Notes: generated from the sequence alone by a model not told the origin. A stretch of DNA of 42,893 nt from Candidatus Pacearchaeota archaeon (GCA_018304325.1 JAGVWM010000011.1:1-42893), one strand, 5' to 3'; positions 8,509 to 16,076 are shown, numbered from the stretch's first letter. A program made the numbers and translations.

Positions 8509-8883
8509 ATGAACAAAACAAAAATTGAAAGAAAGTTAAGAAGAAAAACAAATCCAGATTTAGTTAAAACTATAATTAATTCAAAAAAAAGTGAAGCTTG
8601 GGTAAAAATTTCTCATATAATTTCAAGACCAAGAAGAAAAAAAATATCATTAAATTTAGACGAAATTTCTGCTCAGTGTAAAGATGGGGAGAATGTGTTA
8701 ATACCTGGAAAAGTTCTTGGTATAGGTAATATAGATAAAAAGGTGAAGATAATTGCACTTTATTATTCAGAAAATGCAAAAGAAAAATTGAAAAAATCAA
8801 AGATTGAAGCTTTACATATTGATGAGGAAATGAAGAAAAATCCTGAAGCAAAGAATATTAAAATTTTAGTGGAGAAAGTATAA
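8509..8883 (+). CDS. rpl18e: 50S ribosomal protein L18e
   Basis: RRKTNPDLVKTII...SRPRRKKISLNLDEI....GENVLIPGKVLGIGNIDKKVKIIALYYSENAKEKL pattern. Position between tRNA-Leu and L13. Confidence 0.82.
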   Translation: MNKTKIERKLRRKTNPDLVKTIINSKKSEAWVKISHIISRPRRKKISLNLDEISAQCKDGENVLIPGKVLGIGNIDKKVKIIALYYSENAKEKLKKSKIEALHIDEEMKKNPEAKNIKILVEKV

Positions 8884-9285
8884 ATGGAAGTTTTAATTGA
8901 TGGAAAAAATGCAGTTATGGGGAGACTAGCAAGTTATGTTGCAAAACAAGCTTTACTTGGAAAAGATGTTATCATAATTAATTCAAATGAGGTTATTATA
9001 ACTGGAAGAAAAGAAGACATTTTCCGAAAATACTCTGAATTATTCAAAAAGGGAGGGTCTAGCCAAAAGGGTCCAAAAATATCTAGGACTCCTGAAAGGA
9101 TACTTAAAAGAGTAGTAAGAGGAATGGTAAGTCATAAACAAGGAAGAGGTTTAGATGCATTAAAAAGAGTAATATGCTACAATGAAATACCTGAAAAATA
9201 CAAAGAATCAAAAAAGATTATAGCGGGAAAAGAAAAACATGGTAAGTACATCACACTAAAAGAACTTTGTAGACTCTTAAAATAA
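8884..9285 (+). CDS. rpl13: 50S ribosomal protein L13 (uL13)
   Basis: IDGKNAVMGRLASYVAKQALLGKDVIIINSNEVIITG...RVVRGMVSHK..RGLDALKRV. Confidence 0.9.
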   Translation: MEVLIDGKNAVMGRLASYVAKQALLGKDVIIINSNEVIITGRKEDIFRKYSELFKKGGSSQKGPKISRTPERILKRVVRGMVSHKQGRGLDALKRVICYNEIPEKYKESKKIIAGKEKHGKYITLKELCRLLK

Positions 9286-9286
9286 A

Positions 9287-9697
9287 ATGGTAAAATCAGA
9301 TTTAATAATAGTTAGCGGGAAAAGAAAAACAAGCATAGCAAAAGCTCATATAAAAGATGGTAATGGTATTATAACTATAAACAAAGTTCCATATACAATT
9401 CTTCATAGGTTTCATAAGTTAAGTATTGAAGAGCCTATTAGGATTGCAAAAAATATTCTGGGAGATATAAAATATGATATCCATGTTAAAGTTAGTGGTG
9501 GTGGAAATGAATCTAGAATTGAAGCTTCAAGATTGGCAATTGCAAGAGCACTTGTTAAAAAATCAAAGTCTGAAAAATTAAAAAAAGCTATGAGTGAATA
9601 TGATAAATATTTACTAGTTGCAGACACAAGAAGAAAGGAAGCTTACAAACCTGGTGATTCTAAGGCCAGAGCAAAAAGGCAGAAATCGTATAGATAA
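9287..9697 (+). CDS. rps9: 30S ribosomal protein S9 (uS9)
   Basis: GKRKTSIAKAHIKDGNG.ITIN....VSGGGNESRIEASRLAIARALV...DTRRKEAYKPG.SKARAKRQKSYR. Confidence 0.9.
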   Translation: MVKSDLIIVSGKRKTSIAKAHIKDGNGIITINKVPYTILHRFHKLSIEEPIRIAKNILGDIKYDIHVKVSGGGNESRIEASRLAIARALVKKSKSEKLKKAMSEYDKYLLVADTRRKEAYKPGDSKARAKRQKSYR

Positions 9698-9929
9698 TTA
9701 TTTCTAAATTTATTAGTAAATTATCTCGTGGGGGGGATTTATCCTTAGGATTAAATCTCCTACATAAACCGAATAACTAACGAGGTTTATGGTGCAACGC
9801 TCCATCACAGCATATGACTAAAAGGTAAGGTGCTTCGGAGAGGAGTTGAACCATCTTTTACCATTTTAGTAGTTACTATTAAGTCATAACAATAGAAACA
9901 TTTAAAAATTATTAGGAAATAGAATAATT

Positions 9930-10254
9930 ATGGTAACAAAATTAGAAGTTGAACTTGGAAAATTAGATATGAAATTTAGTTCGACCGATAGAGAAAGGGC
10001 AAAGTTAGACTTCTTTATAAGATATTGTTCTCCTCAAGCTCTGGGTTCTGAAGAAGAAGGTATTGCTGTATGTATTCATAGATTTAAGAGACCGAACTGG
10101 AACCAATAGGCTTGCAGTTTTGGGTCAGACTTATCCATTCACAGTTGAAGGTCTAGAATCCGCAAGATCTGATGGATTAACAGCCGTAAAAGACTTGTAT
10201 GAACTGCCAGCAAATACTCCCGTGATAGAAGTAGCTAATATTCCAAAACCATAG
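9930..10254 (+). pseudogene. Frameshift-split ORF (9930-10106 in frame 3 overlapping 10063-10254 in frame 1), unknown family
   Basis: The first part translates as MVTKLEVELGKLDMKFSSTDRERAKLDFFIRYCSPQALGSEEEGIAVCIHRFKRPNWNQ*. The second ORF continues in another frame. GC content is locally higher than in the flanks. Confidence 0.3.
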
Positions 10255-10430
10255 GCAAATAGAAATTATGATACTATTTATCGTGTCGATATGATGAATG
10301 TATTGGAATTAATTGCTGGTAAGTAATCTAAGATTTTTTCTAATTTATCGTATCACGAGGAAAAAATTGAGGAGTTAATCATAAAAGTCTTAATCAAAAC
10401 CTTTAAATATACATACGTATACAATTGTAT

Positions 10431-10667
10431 ATGGAAACAACAATAAGAATAAATCCCAATACTAAAGAAGAACTAGACCAATTTCGTCAATATAAGAGCG
10501 AGAGCTATGACGAGCTTGTAAGGAAATTGATATATCTAGCGAAGTTGTCAGAAAAAGAACCAAAGTTAAGCCAAAAAACAATTAAAGAAATCAAAGAAGC
10601 TAGAGAAAGAGTTAAGAAAGGAGAATTCTATACAGAAGCAGAGGCAAAGAAAATACTCGGCTTATAA
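10431..10667 (+). CDS. Type II antitoxin (ribbon-helix-helix-like) partnered with a RelE/ParE toxin
   Basis: METTIRINPNTKEELDQFRQ... (beta strand plus helices) and a C-terminal KEIKEARERVKKGEFYTEAEAKKILGL typical of archaeal RelB-like antitoxins. The stop lies 1 nt before the toxin ATG. The ATG at 10431 is preferred to the TTG at 10425. Confidence 0.72.
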   Translation: METTIRINPNTKEELDQFRQYKSESYDELVRKLIYLAKLSEKEPKLSQKTIKEIKEARERVKKGEFYTEAEAKKILGL

Positions 10668-10668
10668 A

Positions 10669-10854
10669 ATGTACAAACTGAATAAACTTCAAGAATGTAA
10701 GGAAGATCCTTTTAGATTTTTTGAAAAATTAGTTGAAATGTCAGGGTTTAAACTAAGAATTGGTGATTGGAGAGTTATAGCTGACATTATTAGAGAGAAA
10801 GAAGCAATAATAATTTTAAAGGTTGGACATCGTAAAAATATTTATGATAAGTAA
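10669..10854 (+). CDS. RelE/ParE-family toxin, unusually short (61 aa, N-terminal part missing)
   Basis: The C-terminal FKLRIGDWRVIADIIREKEAIIILKVGHRKNIYDK matches the RelE/ParE signature (YRLRIGDYRVIY...I.ILKVGHRK.VY). About 25 N-terminal residues expected for the family are absent. Confidence 0.7.
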   Translation: MYKLNKLQECKEDPFRFFEKLVEMSGFKLRIGDWRVIADIIREKEAIIILKVGHRKNIYDK

Positions 10855-10928
10855 TCTTAAAATAATTATCACAAAACGCTATTTATTTATATCGTGACGA
10901 AAAAGTTTGGGAGTTAATCCTTAGGACG

Positions 10929-10977
10929 TCAAGAATTTACTAATTCTTGAGCGCACTCAAGAACTAAGAGTTCTTGA
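10929..10977. repeat. Twin-hairpin element (TCAAGAATT-TACT-AATTCTTGA / GCGCAC / TCAAGAACT-AAG-AGTTCTTGA)
   Basis: Two perfect 9-bp stems are separated by the 6-nt spacer GCGCAC. Related copies lie at 8427-8472 (inverted) and 39364-39410. Confidence 0.8.
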
Positions 10978-11006
10978 TGTTAAGTAATCGTGGTGGGGGC
11001 GTTCAC

Positions 11007-11456
11007 CTACTTCACATTCATCTTCCTTTTTATATCAGAAATATCTTTTTGAAGCTCTCTTATTTCTTTTTCAGCTTTTCGGTTAACAGCATAATCATAG
11101 TGCATACGTATTCTGTCTCTTTCACCCTCCCTATTCTGAGACATTAATATTATTGGGGCTTGAATCGCGGCAAGGCATGATAAAAATAAATTTAATAAAA
11201 TGAATGGGTAAGGGTCAAAGGCTCCTTGATACCATTTTATTAAAAAATATCCATTTGTTATTACCCATAAAATTAGAATTAATCCAAAAATAATAATAAA
11301 TGTCCAGCTTCCAGCAAATTTTGTTAAAATGTCTGCTGCTTTTTGTCCAATAGTAAGATTTTTTTTACTAAATAAACTATGAAAATGCTCTGGATTAAGA
11401 ATATTTTTATGTACTTTATCTATATTTATAACATACTCTCTAGTCTCTTTTTGCAT
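11007..11456 (-). CDS. DUF1003 family membrane protein
   Basis: GSWTFIIIFGLILILWV..N......FDPYPFILLNLFLSCLAAIQAPIILMSQNREGERDR...DYAVNRKAEKEI is the characteristic DUF1003 pattern. Confidence 0.8.
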   Translation of the reverse strand: MQKETREYVINIDKVHKNILNPEHFHSLFSKKNLTIGQKAADILTKFAGSWTFIIIFGLILILWVITNGYFLIKWYQGAFDPYPFILLNLFLSCLAAIQAPIILMSQNREGERDRIRMHYDYAVNRKAEKEIRELQKDISDIKRKMNVK

Positions 11457-11592
11457 CTGCTATGAAAACAATAATGCTATATAAAATTTTCCCAAATGTT
11501 TTATAGGATTATTACCTTAAAGAGTCATGAGATTATATAAAAATAACAATCCTTGAGGTAAAATTATAAAGTATGTTAAGTTATATTAAGTG

Positions 11593-12063
11593 ATGATTGA
11601 AAAAAAATATTTGAGAATTCTTGAAATAATTATTTTGATATCTCTTTTTATTGGGTTATATTTAATAAATTATTATTCTCCTGAAGAAAATGAAGAAAGA
11701 ATAGTGACAAAAATAACTGATGGGGACACGATCATTGTAGAAGGTGGTGAAATTGTAAGGTTTTTAGGAATTGATTGTGATGAAAAAGGAAGGGGGTGTT
11801 ATGCTGAAGCTAAAAATTTCACAGACTTTAGCCTTTTGAATAAAAAGGTTGAGTTAAAATCTGAAAATGAAGATAAGGATAGGTATAATAGAGAATTAAG
11901 ATGGATTTTTATTAATGGAGAAAATTTCAACAAAATTTTAGTTGAAAAAGGATATTGTGTTGCAAGGTTTGATCAAGATTCCAGATATAAAAATGAAGTT
12001 GTAAATGCTGAAAGTTATGCAATTAAAAATAGTATTGGATGTAAATGGAAAGATAACATTTAA
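11593..12063 (+). CDS. Membrane-anchored thermonuclease (staphylococcal nuclease/SNase-like)
   Basis: N-terminal TM, then ITDGDTIIVEGGEIVRFLGIDCDE...CYAEAKNF...DRYNRELRWIF.NGENFNKILVEKGY, as in SNc domains. The ATG at 11593 follows the in-frame GTG at 11590. Confidence 0.8.
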   Translation: MIEKKYLRILEIIILISLFIGLYLINYYSPEENEERIVTKITDGDTIIVEGGEIVRFLGIDCDEKGRGCYAEAKNFTDFSLLNKKVELKSENEDKDRYNRELRWIFINGENFNKILVEKGYCVARFDQDSRYKNEVVNAESYAIKNSIGCKWKDNI

Positions 12064-12087
12064 AAAGTAAATCTTCTATTTCATATA

Positions 12088-12651
12088 ATGGTTAAAAAGA
12101 GGGTGAAAAAAGCTAAACCTATTAGGAAAGTTTCTAGTAAAAGTTCGGTTAGAAGCAATAGCCCAAAAAGAACTTTTGATAATGTACCATTAAGCGTCAA
12201 AATAATTTCTATCTTATTTTATGTTGTTGGTGCATTAGGAATAGCATTTGGAATATTTTTTGTTATTGCAGGGTTAATGGCTCCGAGTTTAATGAGTTCT
12301 TTAGGAACTCCTGAAGATATAGTTCAAAAAATAACACAAGCTAACCCAAGTGTCCAGATAAGTGTTGATGAAGTAAGCAATTTAATATCAATACTTCCTG
12401 TTTTGTTTGCAGGAGCTGGAATTGTTCTAATTGCTCTAGGAGTTTTATATATATTTATTGGGAGAGGTTTGATTGGTAGAAAACAATGGGCTAAGGTCTT
12501 AGCAATATTATTTGTTGCTTTGGGAATTGTAAAATCAGTAATTTCTCTTTTTGGAGGAAGGGTAATCTCAGGAATTATTTGGTTAGTAATATTTGTTGTA
12601 ATAGAGTATTATCTTGGTTTTGATGAACAATCAAAAAAATTCTTTAGGTAA
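12088..12651 (+). CDS. Integral membrane protein, unknown function
   Basis: 187 aa with a basic N-terminus and 4 predicted TM helices. No motif recognised. Confidence 0.6.
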   Translation: MVKKRVKKAKPIRKVSSKSSVRSNSPKRTFDNVPLSVKIISILFYVVGALGIAFGIFFVIAGLMAPSLMSSLGTPEDIVQKITQANPSVQISVDEVSNLISILPVLFAGAGIVLIALGVLYIFIGRGLIGRKQWAKVLAILFVALGIVKSVISLFGGRVISGIIWLVIFVVIEYYLGFDEQSKKFFR

Positions 12652-13117
12652 GCACTTCTTTATAGTTTTATTTTTTGTTGTATTAGTAATAGTTTTTGTC
12701 ATATTTTATAATTCTAATTTTAAAAATGGGAAAAATGTTGAAATGAAGGGTCAAGTAGCATGTATTAATGATAATTGTTTTAATGTTGAAATTGCAGAAA
12801 CTAATCGTGAAAGGGTGAAAGGTTTAATGAATCGCGAATTCTTAGATAAAGACAGTGGTATGCTTTTTATATTCCCAAAAGAGGACATTTGGAGTTTTTG
12901 GATGAAAAACACTTTAATTCCTTTAGATATTATATGGGCAAATGAAAATAGTTCTATTGTGGAAATAAAACAAAATGTTCAACCATGCAAAGAGAATACT
13001 TGCACTATTTACTCTCCAAAAAATAAATCAAAATATGTGCTTGAAATAAATGCTGGTTTAGTAGATAATTTAAATATAACAGAATCTGCAAATTTTAGTC
13101 TTCATTTTTCTTCATAA
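12614..13117 (+). CDS. DUF192 (COG1430) domain protein with N-terminal signal anchor
   Basis: VEIAETNRERVKGLMNREFLDKDSGMLFIFP....FWMKNTLIPLDIIW.......IVEI is the DUF192 signature. It overlaps the previous gene by 38 nt and the convergent xerA 3' end by 23 nt. Confidence 0.75.
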   Translation: MVLMNNQKNSLGKHFFIVLFFVVLVIVFVIFYNSNFKNGKNVEMKGQVACINDNCFNVEIAETNRERVKGLMNREFLDKDSGMLFIFPKEDIWSFWMKNTLIPLDIIWANENSSIVEIKQNVQPCKENTCTIYSPKNKSKYVLEINAGLVDNLNITESANFSLHFSS

Positions 13118-13952
13118 GAGAATCTAAAGGGGAGGGTATTTTTTTTAGTTCTTCGCTTGAGATGTGAGTATAAATTTGAGTTGTAGATAAATCACTATGT
13201 CCTAAAAGTTCTTGTATTTTTCTTATATCTATTCCTTGTTCAAGCAAATGAGTTGCAAAACTATGTCTTAATGTATGTGGGTGAACTTGTTTTTTTATTC
13301 CTGTTTTTTTAACTATACCTTGTACAATCTTTTGGATATTTCTTTCAGTTAATTTTCCATTTAATCCTGAAAAAACAAAATCAGTATCTTGTTTTTTATT
13401 TTCAGTTATATAATTCTTAAGATCATCTTCAAGAAAAATAGGGATATTAAAAATTCTATCTTTTTTACCTTTAGCTTGTTTAATATGTCCTGTTTTTTCT
13501 TCAAACTGAAAATTATTTACTTTTAGATGTGTTATTTCAGAAACTCTCATCCCAGTTGCATATAAAAGAGAGAGCATTAGCCTACTTTTTTTTGTTTCAC
13601 AGGCATCTAGAATTTTTTTAACTTCATCTTTTGTTAAAACAGAAGGTATTCTTTTTTCCCTTTTTGGCCTTTTTATGCCAATTGTCGGATCTTTTTTTAG
13701 TATATTTAAATAAGCATACCTTACTGCTGATAGAAATAATATAACTGAAGTTGAAGCTTTATCAGAGATTTTTTCTGACATAAATAATTTTATATCATCT
13801 TCAGTAATCTGATCTGGGTTTTTTTTAGTAAAATCAAGTAGAATCTTATTGGCTTTAAGATAGTTCCTAATAGTATAATCTGAATTTTTTGATATTTTTA
13901 GTTCAACTCTTATTTTTTCAAGAAATTCTTCTTTATTCATTCCTTCCTCCAA
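13095..13952 (-). CDS. xerA: Tyrosine recombinase, XerA/XerCD-like
   Basis: 285 aa. N-terminal SAM-like core-binding domain. Catalytic residues in TGMRVSEITHLK (R), HPHTLRHSFATHLLEQGIDIRKIQELLGHSDLSTTQIYTH (H-x-x-R, H, Y). Confidence 0.9.
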   Translation of the reverse strand: MEEGMNKEEFLEKIRVELKISKNSDYTIRNYLKANKILLDFTKKNPDQITEDDIKLFMSEKISDKASTSVILFLSAVRYAYLNILKKDPTIGIKRPKREKRIPSVLTKDEVKKILDACETKKSRLMLSLLYATGMRVSEITHLKVNNFQFEEKTGHIKQAKGKKDRIFNIPIFLEDDLKNYITENKKQDTDFVFSGLNGKLTERNIQKIVQGIVKKTGIKKQVHPHTLRHSFATHLLEQGIDIRKIQELLGHSDLSTTQIYTHISSEELKKIPSPLDSLMKKNED

Positions 13953-14490
13953 TCATTTTTAACAATCTTCCTTCATCAACCATAACCCTTTTACCATGAT
14001 CAATAACTTCACCATAACTTAAAGAATAAATATCATGAGCTAAGATATCTGCAATATAAACAACTGTTGGGCATTGATGAATGTTTTGTCTTTTAACAAA
14101 ATTATCAATTGTTATTTCTTTAAACCTTCCAGTATAAACATCTCGAAGGAATTCTTTATGCCATTTCTTAAGTATTCCATCAAAATAAATTTGTATTTTA
14201 TTAAATCCTAATCTAGTTGATGACAAATAATTATCAATTAAAGAAGGAGCTACTAAAGGGAGATTTGGTTGAATTCTTCTTAACTCGTCGTCGTGCAATG
14301 CTGCAAATCTATAATCTTTATTGCCAAAATTATTTGCAAACCAGTTTCTGAAAAATTCTCTATCTCTTCTATTTTTAAATCTAACAACATTTGCATCTCC
14401 AGGGTTGTCTGAAAATACTCCTGTTATTATATCTCCTTTTCTATCACCAGCGTGATTTGAATCATCAAATCCACAAATTAAAGTTTTCAT
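13933..14490 (-). CDS. Hypothetical protein translationally coupled to xerA (possible RNase H-like/DUF3800-like fold, speculative)
   Basis: 185 aa. Its 3' end overlaps the xerA start by 20 nt. The N-terminal LICGFDDSNHAGD and C-terminal VVYIADILAHDIY acidic motifs resemble nuclease-type metal sites. No confident family assignment. Confidence 0.6.
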   Translation of the reverse strand: MKTLICGFDDSNHAGDRKGDIITGVFSDNPGDANVVRFKNRRDREFFRNWFANNFGNKDYRFAALHDDELRRIQPNLPLVAPSLIDNYLSSTRLGFNKIQIYFDGILKKWHKEFLRDVYTGRFKEITIDNFVKRQNIHQCPTVVYIADILAHDIYSLSYGEVIDHGKRVMVDEGRLLKMIGGRNE

Positions 14491-14590
14491 TCACCCTCTT
14501 TTATTTATTAAATATTGTGCGAACTTATTTATAAAATTATAGGTAAGAATAATTAACAAAAATTATATACTTATTAATTACTTTATTTTT

Positions 14591-15022
14591 ATGGACCTAA
14601 TAAATATTACTTTAATTATCGGAATTATTATACTTGGGATTTTTGTATGGTTAGCTTATAAAATTGGAAGGCAAAAAGGAAGTTATGAAAAAGAAATTGA
14701 ATGGCAATCTCAAATGAATAAAATAAGGAGAGACATTGCTGAAAGGCAAAGAGTTAACATAAAGGGTAAAGTTTCTGAAGTGTTTGCCCCTTTTTTAGAA
14801 GGTTTTCCTTACAAGGCAAGTGAGTGTAAATTTTTAGGGGATCCTATTGATTATATTGTTTTTGAGGGTCTTGATGAAAGAGATATTAAAGCTATACATT
14901 TTGTTGAGGTTAAATCTGGAAAAAGTAAATTAAATGATGTTCAAAAACAAATTAAAAATTTGTTAAATGATATTAATTCTGATAAAGTTAGTTTTAAGAG
15001 GTTTGATTTTAAGGATGATTAA
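14591..15022 (+). CDS. Membrane-anchored endonuclease related to archaeal Holliday junction resolvase (COG4741-type)
   Basis: N-terminal TM, then RRDIAERQRVNIKGKVSEVFAPFLEGFPYKASECKFLGDPIDYIVFEGL....IHFVEVKSGKSKLNDVQKQIK. This matches my recollection of the Hjc-related secreted endonuclease family. Confidence 0.7.
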   Translation: MDLINITLIIGIIILGIFVWLAYKIGRQKGSYEKEIEWQSQMNKIRRDIAERQRVNIKGKVSEVFAPFLEGFPYKASECKFLGDPIDYIVFEGLDERDIKAIHFVEVKSGKSKLNDVQKQIKNLLNDINSDKVSFKRFDFKDD

Positions 15023-15102
15023 AAATTAACTACTAAGTGTGTGTAATAATTAAAAGGAATTATCCTTAGAAAGCTTTAAATAATAAAGTTATAAGAAATA
15101 GT

Positions 15103-15780
15103 ATGGCAAATAAAGATTTTGTTACTCTGAGTAAAAAAAATGTTATTATAGGAATTATTGTAATTGTTATAATAATCCTTGGAGTTATTGTTTATTTGAA
15201 TTTGGCAAGTATTAAAGACTTAATGCCAAGTAAAGCAATTGCAACTGTTAATGGCATTAAAATAGATCAGAAACAATTAGATCAAGCAATAGCTGCTGTT
15301 CAATCTCAAACTCAAGGAGTAGTTAACGAAACACAAATCATAGATCAATTAGTATCTAGAGAATTATTAGTACAAGAAGCTAATAAAAGAGGTATAACAA
15401 CAGACGTTAAAGAAGCTGAATATTTACTTAGTACACATCTTTCACAACAAGGAGCAACTATTGAAGATTTGAAATCTAGATTAAATAAAAAAAGTGATTA
15501 TGATTTTATAATTAAAGGGTATGTAGAACAAATTTCTCTTGGAAAACTAACAGATCAGCTTTTTGAAAATAAAAAATTAGAAATAACTGATCAAGAATCA
15601 AAAGAATTTTTTGATAAAAACCAACAACTGTTTAATTTAGTGCAGTCTAATGGAAAAAATGCAACTTATACTGATGTTAAAGATCAAATTAAAACCCTTC
15701 TTAAACAACAAAAACAGAATAAAATAATTGGTGAGTTAATTGATTCTTTAAAAAATCAATCTGAAATTATTTATGATTAA
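15103..15780 (+). CDS. Membrane-anchored SurA N-terminal-like chaperone domain protein (no PPIase domain seen)
   Basis: N-terminal TM, then ATVNGIKIDQKQLD..., a helical Q/K/E-rich body. The family call is tentative. Confidence 0.5.
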   Translation: MANKDFVTLSKKNVIIGIIVIVIIILGVIVYLNLASIKDLMPSKAIATVNGIKIDQKQLDQAIAAVQSQTQGVVNETQIIDQLVSRELLVQEANKRGITTDVKEAEYLLSTHLSQQGATIEDLKSRLNKKSDYDFIIKGYVEQISLGKLTDQLFENKKLEITDQESKEFFDKNQQLFNLVQSNGKNATYTDVKDQIKTLLKQQKQNKIIGELIDSLKNQSEIIYD

Positions 15781-15872
15781 TTTTTAGATTAATTTTATAT
15801 CCAGATATTATAAAGGATATTTTAGACTATAATGGTGTATATAAAGCAAATTCTAGTTGAATTAATATAAAA

Positions 15873-16076
15873 ATGAAGGTGTTTAAATTGTTACCTGAAA
15901 AAGGAAAAATAACTCGAGAGACATTATCTCATCTAGGGAATTGGATTTACCAAAGTGATGAAGTAAGAGAAGTTGTTGTAAAAGTGAAATTTAAAGATGG
16001 TGTTGAGATGGGATTCAAGAAAAATGAAGCCGAAGACGAACTTCTTGAGTTTCTTAGAGAAGACGACAAAGAGTAA
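15873..16076 (+). CDS. Hypothetical small acidic protein
   Basis: 67-aa ORF with no motif. Its composition is coding-like. Confidence 0.4.
   Translation: MKVFKLLPEKGKITRETLSHLGNWIYQSDEVREVVVKVKFKDGVEMGFKKNEAEDELLEFLREDDKE

Noticed and set aside
10287-10330. ATGATGA at 10287 looked like a C box of a C/D box sRNA.
   Set aside because: No CUGA D or D' boxes occur at the expected 12-nt guide spacing, there is no C' box, and no terminal stem is present.
9721-11001. G-runs followed by structured sequence (CGTGGGGGGGATTTATCC... at 9728, and on the other strand ...GAACGCCCCCACCACG near 10990) suggested split or permuted tRNA halves, or a tRNA-derived att site as in Nanoarchaeum-type split tRNAs.
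   Set aside because: I could not fold either strand into a D-arm, anticodon arm or T-arm with canonical conserved nucleotides, and no matching acceptor partner is present. The resemblance to a tRNA 3' end (CCCCC-A-CCA) is only about 10 nt. It is kept only as part of the att-like repeat observation.
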